A stretch of DNA of 64,000 nucleotides from assembly GCF_963921235.1 (NCBI RefSeq), contig NC_086097.1:135782001-135846000 (forward strand), written 5' to 3'. The stretch is from Mobula hypostoma (lineage: Eukaryota). Below the pieces are notes generated by a model. It did no database searches. It saw only the letters and a list, made by a program, of their open reading frames with translations, and was not told the DNA's origin. Below are positions 50,337 to 63,225 of the stretch, piece after piece (the first letter of the stretch is position 1; each line of letters begins with the position of its first letter). The position numbers and the translations under genes are program-made.

Positions 50337-51019
50337 ACTTTGCCTTCTTGAGGCAGCCCCTCATGCTGGTACTTATGATGGTCAACAGAAATGTGCTCAC
50401 GATGTACTAGTCTGAGCCAACCACTCTCTGTAGTCTCTTGCGTCCCTGCACATTCAAATTACCCTATCAGACTGCTGCTCTAGTCTAGGGGTGTCGGGGA
50501 AGCAACATAATGAGCCCACCCTCAGTGTTGTGTGTTGTTTGTGGCAGGAAATGGACAAGGCTGACACAGGTGGACCTATTTGCAGTTTATTTACAGTATT
50601 TACACGTGTTTACAGAAGTGATCCCGGGCAACCAAACCCAAGGGGGTATTCCAAAAGCCCAAATCCGCAACACGAAAACCCAGGTCAGAACATGAAGACT
50701 ACAAGTTCGTTAATATGGAAACTAGCGTGATTCCTAGTTGATCCTCCTCAGTGGCTGTCCCGCTTCCCGGATGCCAGCTTTTGGAAATTGTGCGCTCCAA
50801 ATCCCGAATGGAGCTGTCCTGACAAGGGGTCCGGTCCAGCAGCGCCCTGACAGCGGCTCGGCACAGCTGAAACAAGGAAAGCAGGACGGAGAGGGAGAAC
50901 AGTGAACAAAAGCACGGGTGCACACAGATATGCAATGTGCAGGCACGTAACATAGACCAAGGTGGAACAAGTTAAGGATGTTCCAGTCGGCAACGTTCTC
51001 TGGCCAGTTTTGTTATAAC

Positions 51020-51790
51020 TTAAAAAATAAATTTTATTGAAAAAATATACCAGAAAATCAAAGTGGTGCATGTCTCTATTCACATTCACAGTGTTGTCTG
51101 GTCTATATATTCATAACATAAAGCACCGATGGCTGCCACTCATGTGGTCTCTTTGATAAAGGGTTTTTTGGGCTGTTTCACAGGGCCCAGTCCCTCTGTG
51201 TCCTGTGATGACAGGACCTTCAGTAGTAGTCCCTTAACCTTTATTTCAAAACTAAACTTCATTCATATTAGAAATATCTATAGGGGAATTAATACTGAGC
51301 AAAGCTCTTTGCATTCTTGGTGTCACTTGGTCAACACATTCAGTAGAGTTAGCACATTTTATTACAGTTTCCTTGCCACTCATTTGACTCCCTGGGGCAT
51401 CCATCCTTTCTCTGAGGCGTTTCCTCATTGGGTCCAGCCCCTCAATGTCCTGTAACGGCAGAGCCCTATTTCTGTGATTCTTCCCAGCGGAGGCCTTTGC
51501 ATTGGTTGTACCCACCATCGGTGCATCCCTGGGCATGTACTGCTGCAGTCAGGAATGCGGCAGTCCCTGTGGCATCTTGTTGTGATGGAAGTCCAACAAG
51601 GTTCAGGCAGACTGTCTTTCATCAAGATGATGATCTCTCAGCAGCACTTGTTGCCCTTCTGGGCTTGTGCCTCTGGGAGCAAACCGTAGATCAGACTGTC
51701 GTCATCAGCTGCTCGGGATGAACCATGACAGGCTCCCTCGCAACGTTCTCTACCACCCCGTAGCCATCTTTATCCTGTTCTGGCAATGTA
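51020..51790 (-). mobile_element. Tx1/L1-like retrotransposon 3' remnants, two pieces
   Basis: Reverse strand reads DDSLIYGLLP..KCC*EIIILMKDSL...LQQYMPRDAPMVGTTNAKA, recognised as a Tx1-type ORF2 C-terminus. AATAAA lies on the minus strand at ~51031 and ~51240. Confidence 0.6.
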
Positions 51791-51927
51791 GGCCACAATT
51801 AAATTATGGATTATTTACCTGAATGTCATAAACGGAACCTCTGCATAGAACATGCAACGCTGAGGAGTACAGCACAGGAACAGGCTGTTTGGCCCTCAAT
51901 GTCCATACCGAACACAATGCTGAATTA

Positions 51928-52332
51928 CATAAAGCCATAAGACAAAGGAGCAGAAGTTGGCCATTCGGCCCATCGAGTCTGTTCCACCATTTTATCATAA
52001 GCTGATCCATTCTCCCATTTAGCCCCACTCCCCCGCCTTCTCACCATAACGTTTGATGCCCTGGCTACTCAGATACCTATCAATCTCTGCCTTAAATACA
52101 CCCAATGACTAGGCCTCCACTGCTGCCTGTGGCAACAAATTCTGTAGATTCACCACCCTCTGACTAAAAAAATTTCTTTGCATTTCTGTTCTGAATGGGC
52201 GTCCTTCAATCCTTAAGTCATGCCCTCTCGTACTAGACTCCCCCATCATGGGAAACAACTTTGCCACATCCACTCTGTCCATGCCTTTCAACATTCAAAA
52301 TGCTTCTATGAGGTCTCCCCTCATTCTTCTAA
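51928..52332 (-). mobile_element. Young CR1 3' end, near-identical to 55488-55890
   Basis: MLKGMDRVDVAKLF..RNFFSQRVVN with the same 3' UTR. Confidence 0.92.
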
Positions 52333-54129
52333 GATTTCATGCCTGTACATGATCAATATCCCTCCACTTCTCGTACTATTTTACCTGCTTCCACAGCCAT
52401 CCCGGCAGCCAGTTTCAGGCACCCTCCACTTGTTACGTCTCCTTTAAACTGTCCCTTGAAAGCATGTCCACCAGTACATGACGTTTCTAAGTTGGGAAAA
52501 AGATTCTGACTGTCTACCCTACCTATGCCTCTCGTAGTTCTATAAATTTCATCAGCTCTCTCCTCAGCCGGGAGCGCTCTGGAGAAATGTAGTAGGAGGT
52601 GGGTACGGTGGGTGCGGGTAAGAGGTAAGTAGTGTACTGTGCAGGGGCATTAAGCAGCAAACTAAGCAGCAGTTCATTTAGAGTAGCAGGACCTGGATGG
52701 CGATTGAATAGGGAACTGGATGAATAGCTCCCCAGCTGGCCGGCAGGGGTTGAAGAATGGTTCAGGAAAGGTGGACAAGGCCTCAATAGCGGATAAAGAA
52801 GTTCTCTCGTGGTACTGGGATGGGCGGGTTTGACACTTGATTGTAAAACCCTGAGGAAGATGTGACAATGAAGGATATGCATATAAGTCTGCAAATGGAG
52901 CAGAGCTTGGCAGGACAAGGCAGGAAGCGGCTTTGTGTAGGGAAGAAAGCCTCAGAGTCAAAACATTCCACACCATTTGTCAGACACATTTTCCACTTGC
53001 TATCACTGCCACACAACAGCTCAAAGAAATGTGTCGTTGGCCGTGAGGCACTTTCAGTTGTTGTGAGGTCATGAATGGTACTTGTGAAATTCACGTCCTT
53101 TGATTTCCTCAGTACTGCCTGATAACTGGGAAAAACCCAGGAACTTAGATCGCAGGCGTGATTGGAAGAGGGGCCAGTTCTCACGGAGCAGCCTCAGGAT
53201 ACACACTGTGCCAGAGCTGTCTCGTGCGCTGTGAGGCTCTTTCTCTCTATCCGGGCATAGAATAAAGGTCAAGATTTCCAATCAAAGTGGCAAAGATGTT
53301 GTCCTGCTGAAGTTTCAAGGTTTTCCCGGCTTCTAGCCAAGCTGTGGAGTCATATTGGATACTGCTTATCATTTGTGGGGAAATTCTGACAGAATCGTGC
53401 TAAGAGATCTTTCACAAACAGCATATCTAATGGATGGTTTATTGTTTTAACCTTTCCATAAGATTTTGCCAGGCTATTACTGACTATATCCTGAAGCAAT
53501 GGAAGCTGACTGTCTCCTTTCTTTCTTTGAATTTTTGCCTAATAATTTATCTCACATTATCTCTTTTTTGCTCTTTTGTTGTCATGCGAGCTAACAGAAT
53601 ATTCTCAGCACCACTTCATTATGCACAAAATAATCAACCAGTGCTGCTCTGAATGAGGAGAGGGGGTATTTTCAGATAAAAATTAACACCAAACTACAGA
53701 AGACAGGAGACAAAAAGTCTGGATAAAGCCTTGGATTTGAGGAGCAGTTGGAAAATTTGGAGAGCTCGGTTGTCTTCCTGTTTTTGATTATAAATGATTA
53801 AGCATTTGCTACTTTGAATTTGAAGTCTCTTTGTTCATTAGCACCTTCCTCTCTGGGTGCTGAGTCTGCAAGGGTCCTTGAGTCCAGATGAAGGGACTCG
53901 ACCTGAAATGTTGACTCCGTAGATGTTGCCTGAACTGCTGAGTTCCTCCAGCGTCTTGTGTGTTGCTCCATTTTCTAGGATCTGCGGTCTCTGGAGATGT
54001 CACCAGTACTCAGTGGCTGGAGTGTGCAGTTACTTACCCAGGGTTCTCTAACACACCTCTATCAACAAGAAGGACCAGGGCAACAAGCACACAAGAATAT
54101 TCCGTGATAGACACTCCAATCTGAACATT

Positions 54130-54560
54130 CATCACGGTTGGTTGGTTTATTGTCATACGGACTGCGATACAGTTAAAAGCTTTTGTTTACATTCCTTCCA
54201 GACAGTTCAGTCCAGTCATCAGAGTAATAGAAAAGGAAAACTACATAACAGTATGCAGAATAGAGTGCTACCATTTCAGAGGAAGTACAGTGCAGGTAGA
54301 CAAGGAACAAGGCCGTGATGAAGAAAAAATTGAGATTACGAGTCCATCTTATCATACCAGGGGACTGTTCAGTAGTCTAACAGAAGCACGATAAAAGCTG
54401 TCCTCGAGCCTTGTATGTGTGCTTTTGTATCTTCTGCTTGATGAGAGAGTAAGATGAGAAAATGAATGGGGTAGGAGGAGTCCTTGACTGTGTTGCTGCT
54501 TTCCCAAGGCAGCGGGAGGTGTAGGTGGAGTCAATGGATGGGAGGCTGGCTCCCTCATCA
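54130..54560 (-). mobile_element. Rex1-type LINE 3' remnant
   Basis: SSRRYKS..RLEDSFY..VRLLN on the minus strand. Confidence 0.6.
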
Positions 54561-54639
54561 CCAATGCAAAGGATATTCTTCTAACATAGGTTCATTAGCC
54601 TGGGATGAAGAACTGGTCATATGTATATGACTGCTTCTT

Positions 54640-55487
54640 TTTATGCTGTATATCAGTGATTTAGATGATGGAATAGATGGCTTTGTTGCCAAGTTTGCAG
54701 GTGATACAAAGATTGATAGAGGGACAGGTAGTGTTGAGGAAACAAGTAGGATGCAGAAGGACTTAGTGAGATTAGGAGAATGGGCAAGGAAGTGGAAATG
54801 AAATACAATGTTGGAAAATGCATGGTCATGCACTTTGGTAGTAGAAATAAATGTGCGGACTATTTTCCAAACAGAGAGAAAATACAGGAATCTGAGATGC
54901 AGAGGGACTTGGGAGTCCCTGTGCAGAACACCCTGAAGGTTAACTTGCAGGCTGAGTCAGTAGTGAGGAAGGCAAATGCCATGTTAGCATTCATTTTAAG
55001 AGGTCGAGAATACAAGAGCAAGGATGTGATGCTGAGGCTTTATGAGGCACTGGTGAGGCCTCACCTTGAGTATTGTGAACAGTTTTAGGCCCCTCATCTT
55101 AGAAAAGATGTGCTGGCATTGGAGAGGGTCCAGGGGAGATTCACAAGGATGATTCCAGGAATGAAAGGGTTATCATACGAGGAACGTTTGATGGCTCTGG
55201 GTCTGTACTTGTTGGAATTCAGAAGGATGAGGGAGGATCTCATTGAAACCTTTCGAATGTTGAAAGGCCTAGACAGAGTAGATGTGGAAAGTACGTTTTC
55301 CATGGTGGGAGAGTCTAGGACAAGAGGGCACAGCCTCAGGATAGAGGGGCGCCCTTTCATATCAGAGATGTGGAGAAATTTCTTTACTCAAGGGGTGGTG
55401 AATTTGTGGAATTTGTTGCCACATGCAACAGTGGGGGTCAGGTCATTGGGTGTATTTAAGGCAGAGATTGATAGGTTCTTAATTGGA
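54640..55487 (+). mobile_element. Older CR1 3' region, interrupted by an antisense CR1; its tail resumes at ~58950-59080
   Basis: FAGDTK, MQRDLGV, LVRPHLEYC and EIDRFLIGH, resuming as ggcatcaaag...(cttatg)n. Confidence 0.88.
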
Positions 55488-55578
55488 CATAAGACCATAA
55501 GACAAAGGAGTAGAAGTCGGCCATTTGGCCCATCGAGTCTGCTCCGCCATTTTATCATGAGCTGATCCATTCTCCCAT

Positions 55579-58498
55579 TTAGTCCCACTCCCCCGCCTTC
55601 TCACCATAACCTTTGATGCCCTGGCTAATCAGATACCTATCAATCTCTGCCTTAAATACACCCAATGGTTTGGCCTTCACTGCTGCCCGTGGCAACAAAT
55701 TCCATAGATTCACCACCCTCTGACTAAAAAAATTTCTTCGCATTTCTGTTCTGAATGGATGCTCTTCAATCCTTACGTCATGCCCTCTCGTACTAGACTC
55801 CCCCATCATGGAAAACAACTTTGCCACATCCACTCTGTCCATGCCTTTCAACATTCGAAATGTTTCTATGAGGTCTCCCCTCATTCTTCTAAACTCCAAG
55901 GAATACAGTCCAAGAGCGGACAAACGTTCCTCATATGTTAACCCTCTCATTCCCAGAATCATTCTAGTGAATGTTCTCTGTACCCTCTCCAACATCAGCA
56001 CATCCTTTCTTAAATAAGGAGACCAAAACTGCCCACAGTACTCCAAGTGAGGTCTCACCAGCGCCTTATGGAGCCTCAACATCACATCCCTGCTCCTATA
56101 CTCTATTCCTCTAGAAATGAATGCCAACATTGTATTCGCCTTCTTCACTACCGACTCAACCTGGAGGTTAACTTTAAGGGTATTCTGTACGAGGACTCCA
56201 AAGTCCCGTTGCATCTCAGAACTTTGAATACTTTCCCCATTTAAATAATAGTCTGCCCGTTTATTTTTTCTGCCAAAGTGCATAACCATACACTTTCTAA
56301 CATTGTACTTCATTTGCCACTTCTCTGCCCATTCTTCCAATCTATCCAAGTCTCTCTGCAGACTCTCCGTTTCCTCAGCACTACCGGCCCCTCCACCTAT
56401 CTTCGTATCGTCAGCAAACTTAGCCACAAAGCCATCTATTCCATAATCCAAATCGTTGATGTACAGTGTAAAAAGAAGCGGCCCCAACACGGACCCCTGT
56501 GGAACACCACTGGTAACCGGCAGCCAACCAGAATAGGATCCCTTTATTCCCACTCTCTGTTTCCTGCCAATCAGCCAACGCCCTATCCACGTATGTAACT
56601 TTCCCGTAATTCCATGGGTTCTTATCTTGTTAAGTAGCCTCATGTGTGGCACCTTGTCAAAGGCCTTCTGAAAATCCAAATATACAACATCCACTGCACC
56701 TTCCTTGTTTAGCCTACTGGTAATTTCCTCAAAAAATTGTAATAGGTTTGTCAGGCAGGATTTTCCTTTAAGGAATCCATGCTGAGTTCTGCCTGTCTTG
56801 TCATATGCCTCCAGGTACTCTGTAACCTCATCCTTGACAATCGACTCCAACAACTTCCCAACCGCCGATGTCAAGCTAACAGGTCTATAATTTCCTTTTT
56901 GCTTCCTTGCCCCTTTCTTAAGTAGCGGAGTGACATTTGCAATCTTCCAGTCCTCCAGAACCGTGCCAGAATCTATCGACTTTTGAAAGATCATCGCTAA
57001 TGCCTCTGCAATCTCTACAGCTACTTCCTTCAGAACACACGGGTGCATTCCATCTGGTCCAGGAGATTTATCTACCTTTAGACTATTCAGCTTCCTGAAT
57101 ACTTTCTCTGTTGTAATTGTGACTGTGCACACTTCTCTTCCCTGCCACCCTTGAGTGTCCAGTATATTGCTGATGTCTTCCTCAGTGAAGACTGATGCAA
57201 AATACTTGTTCAGTTCCTCTGCCATCTCCTCACCTCCCATTACAATTTCTCCAGCATCATTTTCTATCGGTCCTATATCTACTCTCACCTGTCTTTTACT
57301 CTTTATATACTTGAAAAAGCTTTTAGTATCCTCTTTGATATTATTTGCTAGCTTCCTTTCATAGTTAATCTTTTCCCTCTTAATGACCTTCTTGGTTTCC
57401 TTTTGTAAGGTTTTAGAAACTTTCCAATCCTCTGTCTTCCCACTAATTTTTGCCTCCTTGTATGCCCTCTCCTTTGCTTTAACTTTGGCTTTGACTTCTC
57501 TTGTCAACCACGGTTGCATCCTTTTTCCACTCGAAAATTTCTTCTTTTTTGGAATATACCTGTCTTGCACCTTCCTCATTTCTCGCATAAACTCCAGCCA
57601 CTGCTGCTCTGCCGTCTTTCCTGCCAGTGTCCCTTTCCAGTCAACTTTGGCCAGTTCCTCTCTCACGCCACTGTAATTTCCCTTACTCCACTGAAATACC
57701 GACACATCAGATTTCGGCTTCTCTTTTTCTAATTTCACAGTGAACTCGATCATGTTATGATCACTGTCTCCTAAGGGTTTCTTTACCTCAATCTCTCTAA
57801 TCACGTCCGGTTCATTACACAATACCCAATCCAGTACAGCCGATCCCCTAGTGGGCTCAACAACAAGCTGTTCTAAAAAGCCATCTTGCAGACATTCTAC
57901 AAATTCTCTCTCTTGAGTTCCAGTGCCGACCTGATTTTCCCAATCCACTCGCATGTTAAAATCCCCCACAATTATCATAACACTGCCCTTCTGACAAGCC
58001 TTTTCCATTTCCAGTTGTAATTTGTAGTCCACAGCCCTGCAGCTGTTTGGAGGCCTATAAATAACTGCCATCAGGGTCCTTTTACCCTTGCAATTTCTTA
58101 GCTCAACCCATAAAGATTCTGCATCTTTCGACCCTATATCACCTCTTTCTAATGATTTAATATCATTTCTTACCAATAAAGCCACGCCTCCCCCCTCTGC
58201 CTAACTTCCCATCCTTCCGATACACCGTGTATCCTTGGACATTCAGCTCCCAGAGACATGCATCCTTTAGCCAGGTCTCAGTGACGGCCACAATATCGTA
58301 TCTGCCAATCTGTAGCTGTACGACAGGATCATCCACCTTATTCCTTATGCTGCGTGCATTTAAGTACAACACCTTAAGACCAGTATTTGATACTTTTCGC
58401 TTTGATTTCACTGCAACTTTATTGCACTGCAACTCATCCCAATGGCTACAAATTTGCCCCATCACCTGCCTGTCTTTCCTGACATCTTTACTGCTCAC
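55579..58498 (-). pseudogene. CR1 ORF2 (APE endonuclease + reverse transcriptase) with a single frameshift at ~58190
   Basis: LYLNARSI, VTETWL, IYRPP, GDFN and SDHN (APE); [31 protein letters not shown] and FADDTK (RT). Confidence 0.93.
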
Positions 58499-58566
58499 TA
58501 TCTTAGATTTATTTCTGTTTTCTCCTTCCTCCGCTCTGTCATTCTGGTTCCCATCCCCTTGCCAAA

Positions 58567-58948
58567 TTAGTTTAAACCCTCCCTAACAGCTCTCTTAAAC
58601 CTTCCCGCCAGGATGTTGGTCCCCTTCGGGTTCAGGTGTAACCTGTCCATTTTGAACAGGTCATACTTCCCCCAGAAGAGATCCCAATTATCCAAGAATC
58701 TGAAGCCCTGCCCCCTGCACCAGTCTCTCAACCACACATTCATCTGCCTGATCCGACTACTCTTGCCCTCGCTAGCACGTGGCACAGGTAGCAATCCTGA
58801 GATTACTACCCTGGAGGTCCTGCTTCTCAGCTTCCTTCCTAACTCCTGGAAATCTCTCTTCAGGACCTCCTCCTTTGTCCTTTCTATGTCATTGGTACCA
58901 ACATGTGCCAAGACAACTGGCTGCTCACCCTCCCCCTTTAGAATGGCA
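58567..58948 (-). pseudogene. CR1 ORF1 C-terminal SGNH/GDSL esterase domain fragment
   Basis: HVGTND, ISGLLP and DRLHLN motifs directly upstream of ORF2. Confidence 0.85.
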
Positions 58949-59778
58949 TGGCATCAAAGAAGGCTGGGAACTGGGATTGAGGAGGGGAAAGAAAGGATCA
59001 GCTATGATCGAATGGCAGAGCAGACTTGATGGGCCGGATGGCCTAATTCTGCTCCTATGTCTTATGCTCTTATGGTCTTGAATGGACAGTGTCCGAATGT
59101 CCACCAGATGAAAGACAAGCCACTGAAATATTAACAGTTCTGATAGAGCTTGACAGAGAAGATATAGTGAAGATGTTTCCTCTGACAGGCAGGAGCCTAG
59201 AATTAGGGGGCAATGACAAAGTCATGGAGAATTGTAGCAGGTCAGGCAACAAATACAGAAGAAAATGGGCAGTTGATGTTTTGGGCCAAGACCCTTCTTC
59301 TGGACCCAATACAATGATTATCTATTTCCCTCCCGAGACGCTGCCTGATCTGCTGAGCTCCTCCACTTCTTTCTGTGTCGCTCATAGGGTGAAGGTTCTC
59401 CTCAGATGAAGACGTTTTCTCTGAAGTGTTGCAAAGTTTCGGATGCTGTAGCCTAAGATCTGAGAATGCCGAACCACTGAATGTATCCAAGGCTCTGATA
59501 GACTTTGACTGCTGGGGATTGAATGGGGGAGTGTGGGTGAATCCAACAATCATGTTAGCATTGATCATACTGAAAGGCGGAGCAAGCTCCAGGGGCAAGT
59601 AGGCTCCTACTTCAATGTCCTTACATGAAGTCTCTGGGGCTTCCTCCCCAACAGGCACCAGTATTGACCATTCAAAGAAGTTCTGCTAGTTGGGATGTGC
59701 AACTCTTACTCTGTTGGGGGCAACTTCATTATACTGTTGTGACTCACTAAAACTGAGTCACTTTAACTGGAAAATATA

Positions 59779-60008
59779 AACACAAGAGGTTCTGCAGATG
59801 CCGGAAACCCAGAGAAACATGCAAAATGCTGGAAGAACTCAGGAAGTCAGGTAGCTTCTATGGAAATGAATAAACAGTTGATGTTTTAGGCCAGCATTGG
59901 AAACGTCGACTGTACTCTTTTCCTAGATGCTGCCTGGCCTGCTGAGTTCCTACAGCATTTTGTGTGTGTTGCTCGGATTTCCAGCATCTGCAGATTTTCT
60001 CTTGTTTG
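59779..60008. mobile_element. ~230-bp fold-back element (Penelope terminal-repeat-like)
   Basis: Left arm caagaggttctgcagatgccggaaaccc..caaaatgctggaagaactcag; right arm ctgagttcctacagcattttg..ggatttccagcatctgcagattttctcttg. Confidence 0.8.
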
Positions 60009-60129
60009 TGATTGCAAAATATAGAAGTCTTTATTCACACAGTAAACCTTCAGGACAGAGAGTCCAAGCAAATCTAATTTTTCTGACTCAATGTTTTATA
60101 CTCTTTAAACACGACAATAAACAAGATCA

Positions 60130-60500
60130 GTTTCAAAGTTTCAAAGGTTCAAAGGTTCATTTATCATCAAAGCAAGTATCTATATACAACTTGAAATTTG
60201 TATTTTCCAGATAACCACAAAAACAAGAAAGAATATGAATGTTGTTCAGTGAGAAACGTCAAACCCATGCCTCCCCCATACAAAAATGAATGGCATCCCG
60301 ATCATCAATCCTCCCCAAAACCCCCCTCCACTGCACAAAACAGAACAGCAGCAGCGACTCCCCCAAAAAAAACCGTCCCCTGCACAAAAAACTAACAAAA
60401 CACAACAGAACATCAACCCCCAAACACCCTCCCCTTGCACAACAAAATGGAAAAGGAGCGGGCAAGAAAAAACTCAGAACATAAAAACCATGTCAGAAAA
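60130..60500 (-). mobile_element. Relative of the 43483-46560 element with an unexpanded repeat
   Basis: Same ttcaaaggttcaaaggttcattt tail and cagataaccac..caagaaaga, followed by a few degenerate catcaacccccaaa..ccctcc..aaaatggaa units. Confidence 0.7.
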
Positions 60501-61034
60501 AGACATGGCTGTACCTTACCTTTAACATTTTGAATATAGTCAGGTAACTTTGCGGAACTACGTATTTGCAATGGTTGCACATCCCAACTAGAAGAACCTC
60601 TTTGAATAGTCAATACTGGTGTCTGTTCAGAAAATTTCTAAGCACAAACTCCATTTACCCAAGATATACTTCTTTTGTTAGAGCTCTGAATATACAGTGC
60701 AACTAGCCAAAACTAGCCAAACAGAGTTGTCCTGCACTGCACATTAAGTAGAAAGGATAGGCATATAACAATATGATAATACAGGGCATGGTCACTTAAT
60801 GTCTCCCTGATCTCATTCTGAAGTTTTCAATGGTCAACAATTAACATGAACAATCATCCATTGTCTTCCTCTTTGTGGCTTCAATGGGAAAGAATCTGCT
60901 TCACTGAATGATTGGTTTCATTAACGGTGAAGTAGCAGTTAGAAGTTAAATTGTGAACAAGTTTTATTTCCTGAATACTGGTTCTCATTTTAATTAATCC
61001 CATATTATGGTATCCATAATTTCATAACTCCAGA

Positions 61035-61992
61035 ATGGGCTCCACAGGGCACTGTCTTGTCTCCCTTTCTCTTCACCATTTACACCTCAGACTTCAACTA
61101 CTGCACAGAGTCTTGTCATCTTCAGAAGTTTTCAGATGACTCTGCCATAGTTGGATGCATCAGCAAGGGAGATGAGGCTGAGTACAGGGCTATGGTAGGA
61201 AACTTTGTCACATGGTGTGAGCAGAATTATCTGCAGCTTAATGTGAAAAAGACTAAGGAGCTGGTGGTAGACCTGAGGAGAGCTAAGGTACCGGTGACCC
61301 CTGTTTCCATCCAGGGGGTCAGTGTGGACATGGTGGAGGATTACAAATACCTGGGGATACGAATTGACAATAAACTGGATTGGTCTAAGAACACTGAGGC
61401 TGTCTACAAGAAGGGTCAGAGCCGTCTCTATTTCCTGAGGAGACTGAGGTCCTTTATCATCTGCCGGACGATGCTGAGGATGTTCTACGAGTCTGTGGTG
61501 GCCAGTGCTATCATGTTTGCTTTTGTGAGCTGGGGCAGCAGGCTGAGGGTAGCAAACACCAACAGAATCAACAAACTCATTCGTAAGGCCAGTGATGTTG
61601 TGGGGATGGAACTGGACTCTCTCACGGTGGTGTCTGAAAAGAGGATGCTGTCTAAGTTGCATGCCATCTTGGACAATGTCTCCCATCCACTACATAATGC
61701 ACTGGTTGGGCACAGGAGTACATTCAGCCAGAGACTCATTCCACCGAGATGCAGCAATGAACGTCATAGGAAGTCATTCCTGCCTGTGGCCATCAAACTT
61801 TACAACTCCTCCTTTGGAGGGTCAGACACCCTGAGCCAATAGGCTGGTCCTGGACTTATTTCATAATTTACTGGCATAATTTACATATTACTATTTAACT
61901 ATTTATGGTTTTATTACTATTTATTATTTATGGTGCAACTGTAACGAAAACCAATTTCCCCCGGGATCAATAAAGTATCACTATGACTATAA
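61035..61992 (+). mobile_element. Young Rex1/Babar-type LINE 3' fragment
   Basis: ORF 61057-61842 (QKFSDDS, YLGIRIDNKLDW); near-identical to the reverse complement of 22030-22980. Confidence 0.93.
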
Positions 61993-62109
61993 TAATCCCC
62001 AACATGGACTGGAGCATATCAGCTTCTCAAGGGGCAGTTTGAGATAGGTAATGTGTAATCCTTGCCTCTGATATTCAATGTATTTTAATATTATTGTTGA
62101 GAAGCAGCA

Positions 62110-63225
62110 CAGAATTTCATTGCCACAATCCTGATTGAGAAGTTACAGAACCTGGGCCTCTGTACCACCCTCTGCAATTGGATCCTTGACTTCCTAACTG
62201 GAAGACCACAATCTTTGTGGATTGGTGATGATATCTCCTCCTCGTCGACAATAAACTCTGGTGCAGCTCAGGGGTGTGTGCTTAGCCCACTGCTCTTCTC
62301 TGTCTATACCCATGACAGTGTGGCTAGGCATAGCTCAAATACCATCAATAAATTTGCTGATGATATGTTGACAGAATCTCAGATGGAGATGAGAAGGCGT
62401 ACAGGAGCGAGTTATGCCAACTGGTGGAGTTGCGTCACAGCAACAACTTGGCACTCAACATCAGTAAGACAAAAGTGCTGATTGTGGACTTAAGGAAGGG
62501 TAAGAGAAAGGAACACATAACAATCCTCATAGAGGGATCAGAAGTGGAGAGACTGAGCAGTTTCAAGTTCCTGGGTGTCAAGCTCTCTGAGGATATAACC
62601 TGGTCCAACATATTGATGCAGCTATAAAAAAGGCAAGGCAGTGACTATACTTCATTAGGAGTTTGAAGAGATTTGGTATGTCAACAAATACACTCAAAAA
62701 CTTCTATAGATATACCATGGAGAACATTCTGACAGGCTGCATCACTGTCTGGTATGGGGGTGGGGGACTACTGCACAGGACGGAAAGAAGCTGCAGAGGA
62801 TTGTAAATTTAGTCAGCTTCACCTTGGGTACTAGCCTACAAAGTACCCAAGTTCAAGGAACAGTGTCTCAGAAAGGCAGAGTCCATTACTAAGGATCTCC
62901 AGCACCCAGGACATGCTCTTTTCTCACTGTTACCGTCAGGTAGGAGGTACAGAAGCCTGAAGGCACACTCTCAGCGATTCAGGAACCGCTTCTTCCCCTC
63001 TGCCATCTGATTCCTAAATGGACATTTAATCTGTGAACACTATCTCACTTTTTAAATATATATTATTTCTGTTTTTGCACGATTTTTAATCTATTCAATA
63101 TACATATATTGTAATTGATTGATTTACTTATTTCTTCTATATTATTTATTGCATTGAACTGCTGCTACTAAGTTAACAAATTTCACGACACATGCTGGTG
63201 ATAATAAACCTGATTCTGATTCTAT
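62110..63225 (+). mobile_element. Degenerate Rex1-type LINE
   Basis: [19 protein letters not shown] and FKFLGV; (ctgatt)n tail. Confidence 0.88.

Larger units (their letters stand above)
55488..58948 (-). mobile_element. CR1 LINE with complete ORF2 and partial ORF1, 5'-truncated
   Basis: (cttatg)-type tail at 55488, ORF2 at 55579-58498 and an ORF1 piece at 58567-58948. Confidence 0.95.

Noticed and set aside
55579..58185. Prokaryotic RT system (retron, DGR, group II intron)
   Set aside because: APE-RT architecture with an esterase ORF1 and a simple-repeat tail is a typical CR1 LINE.
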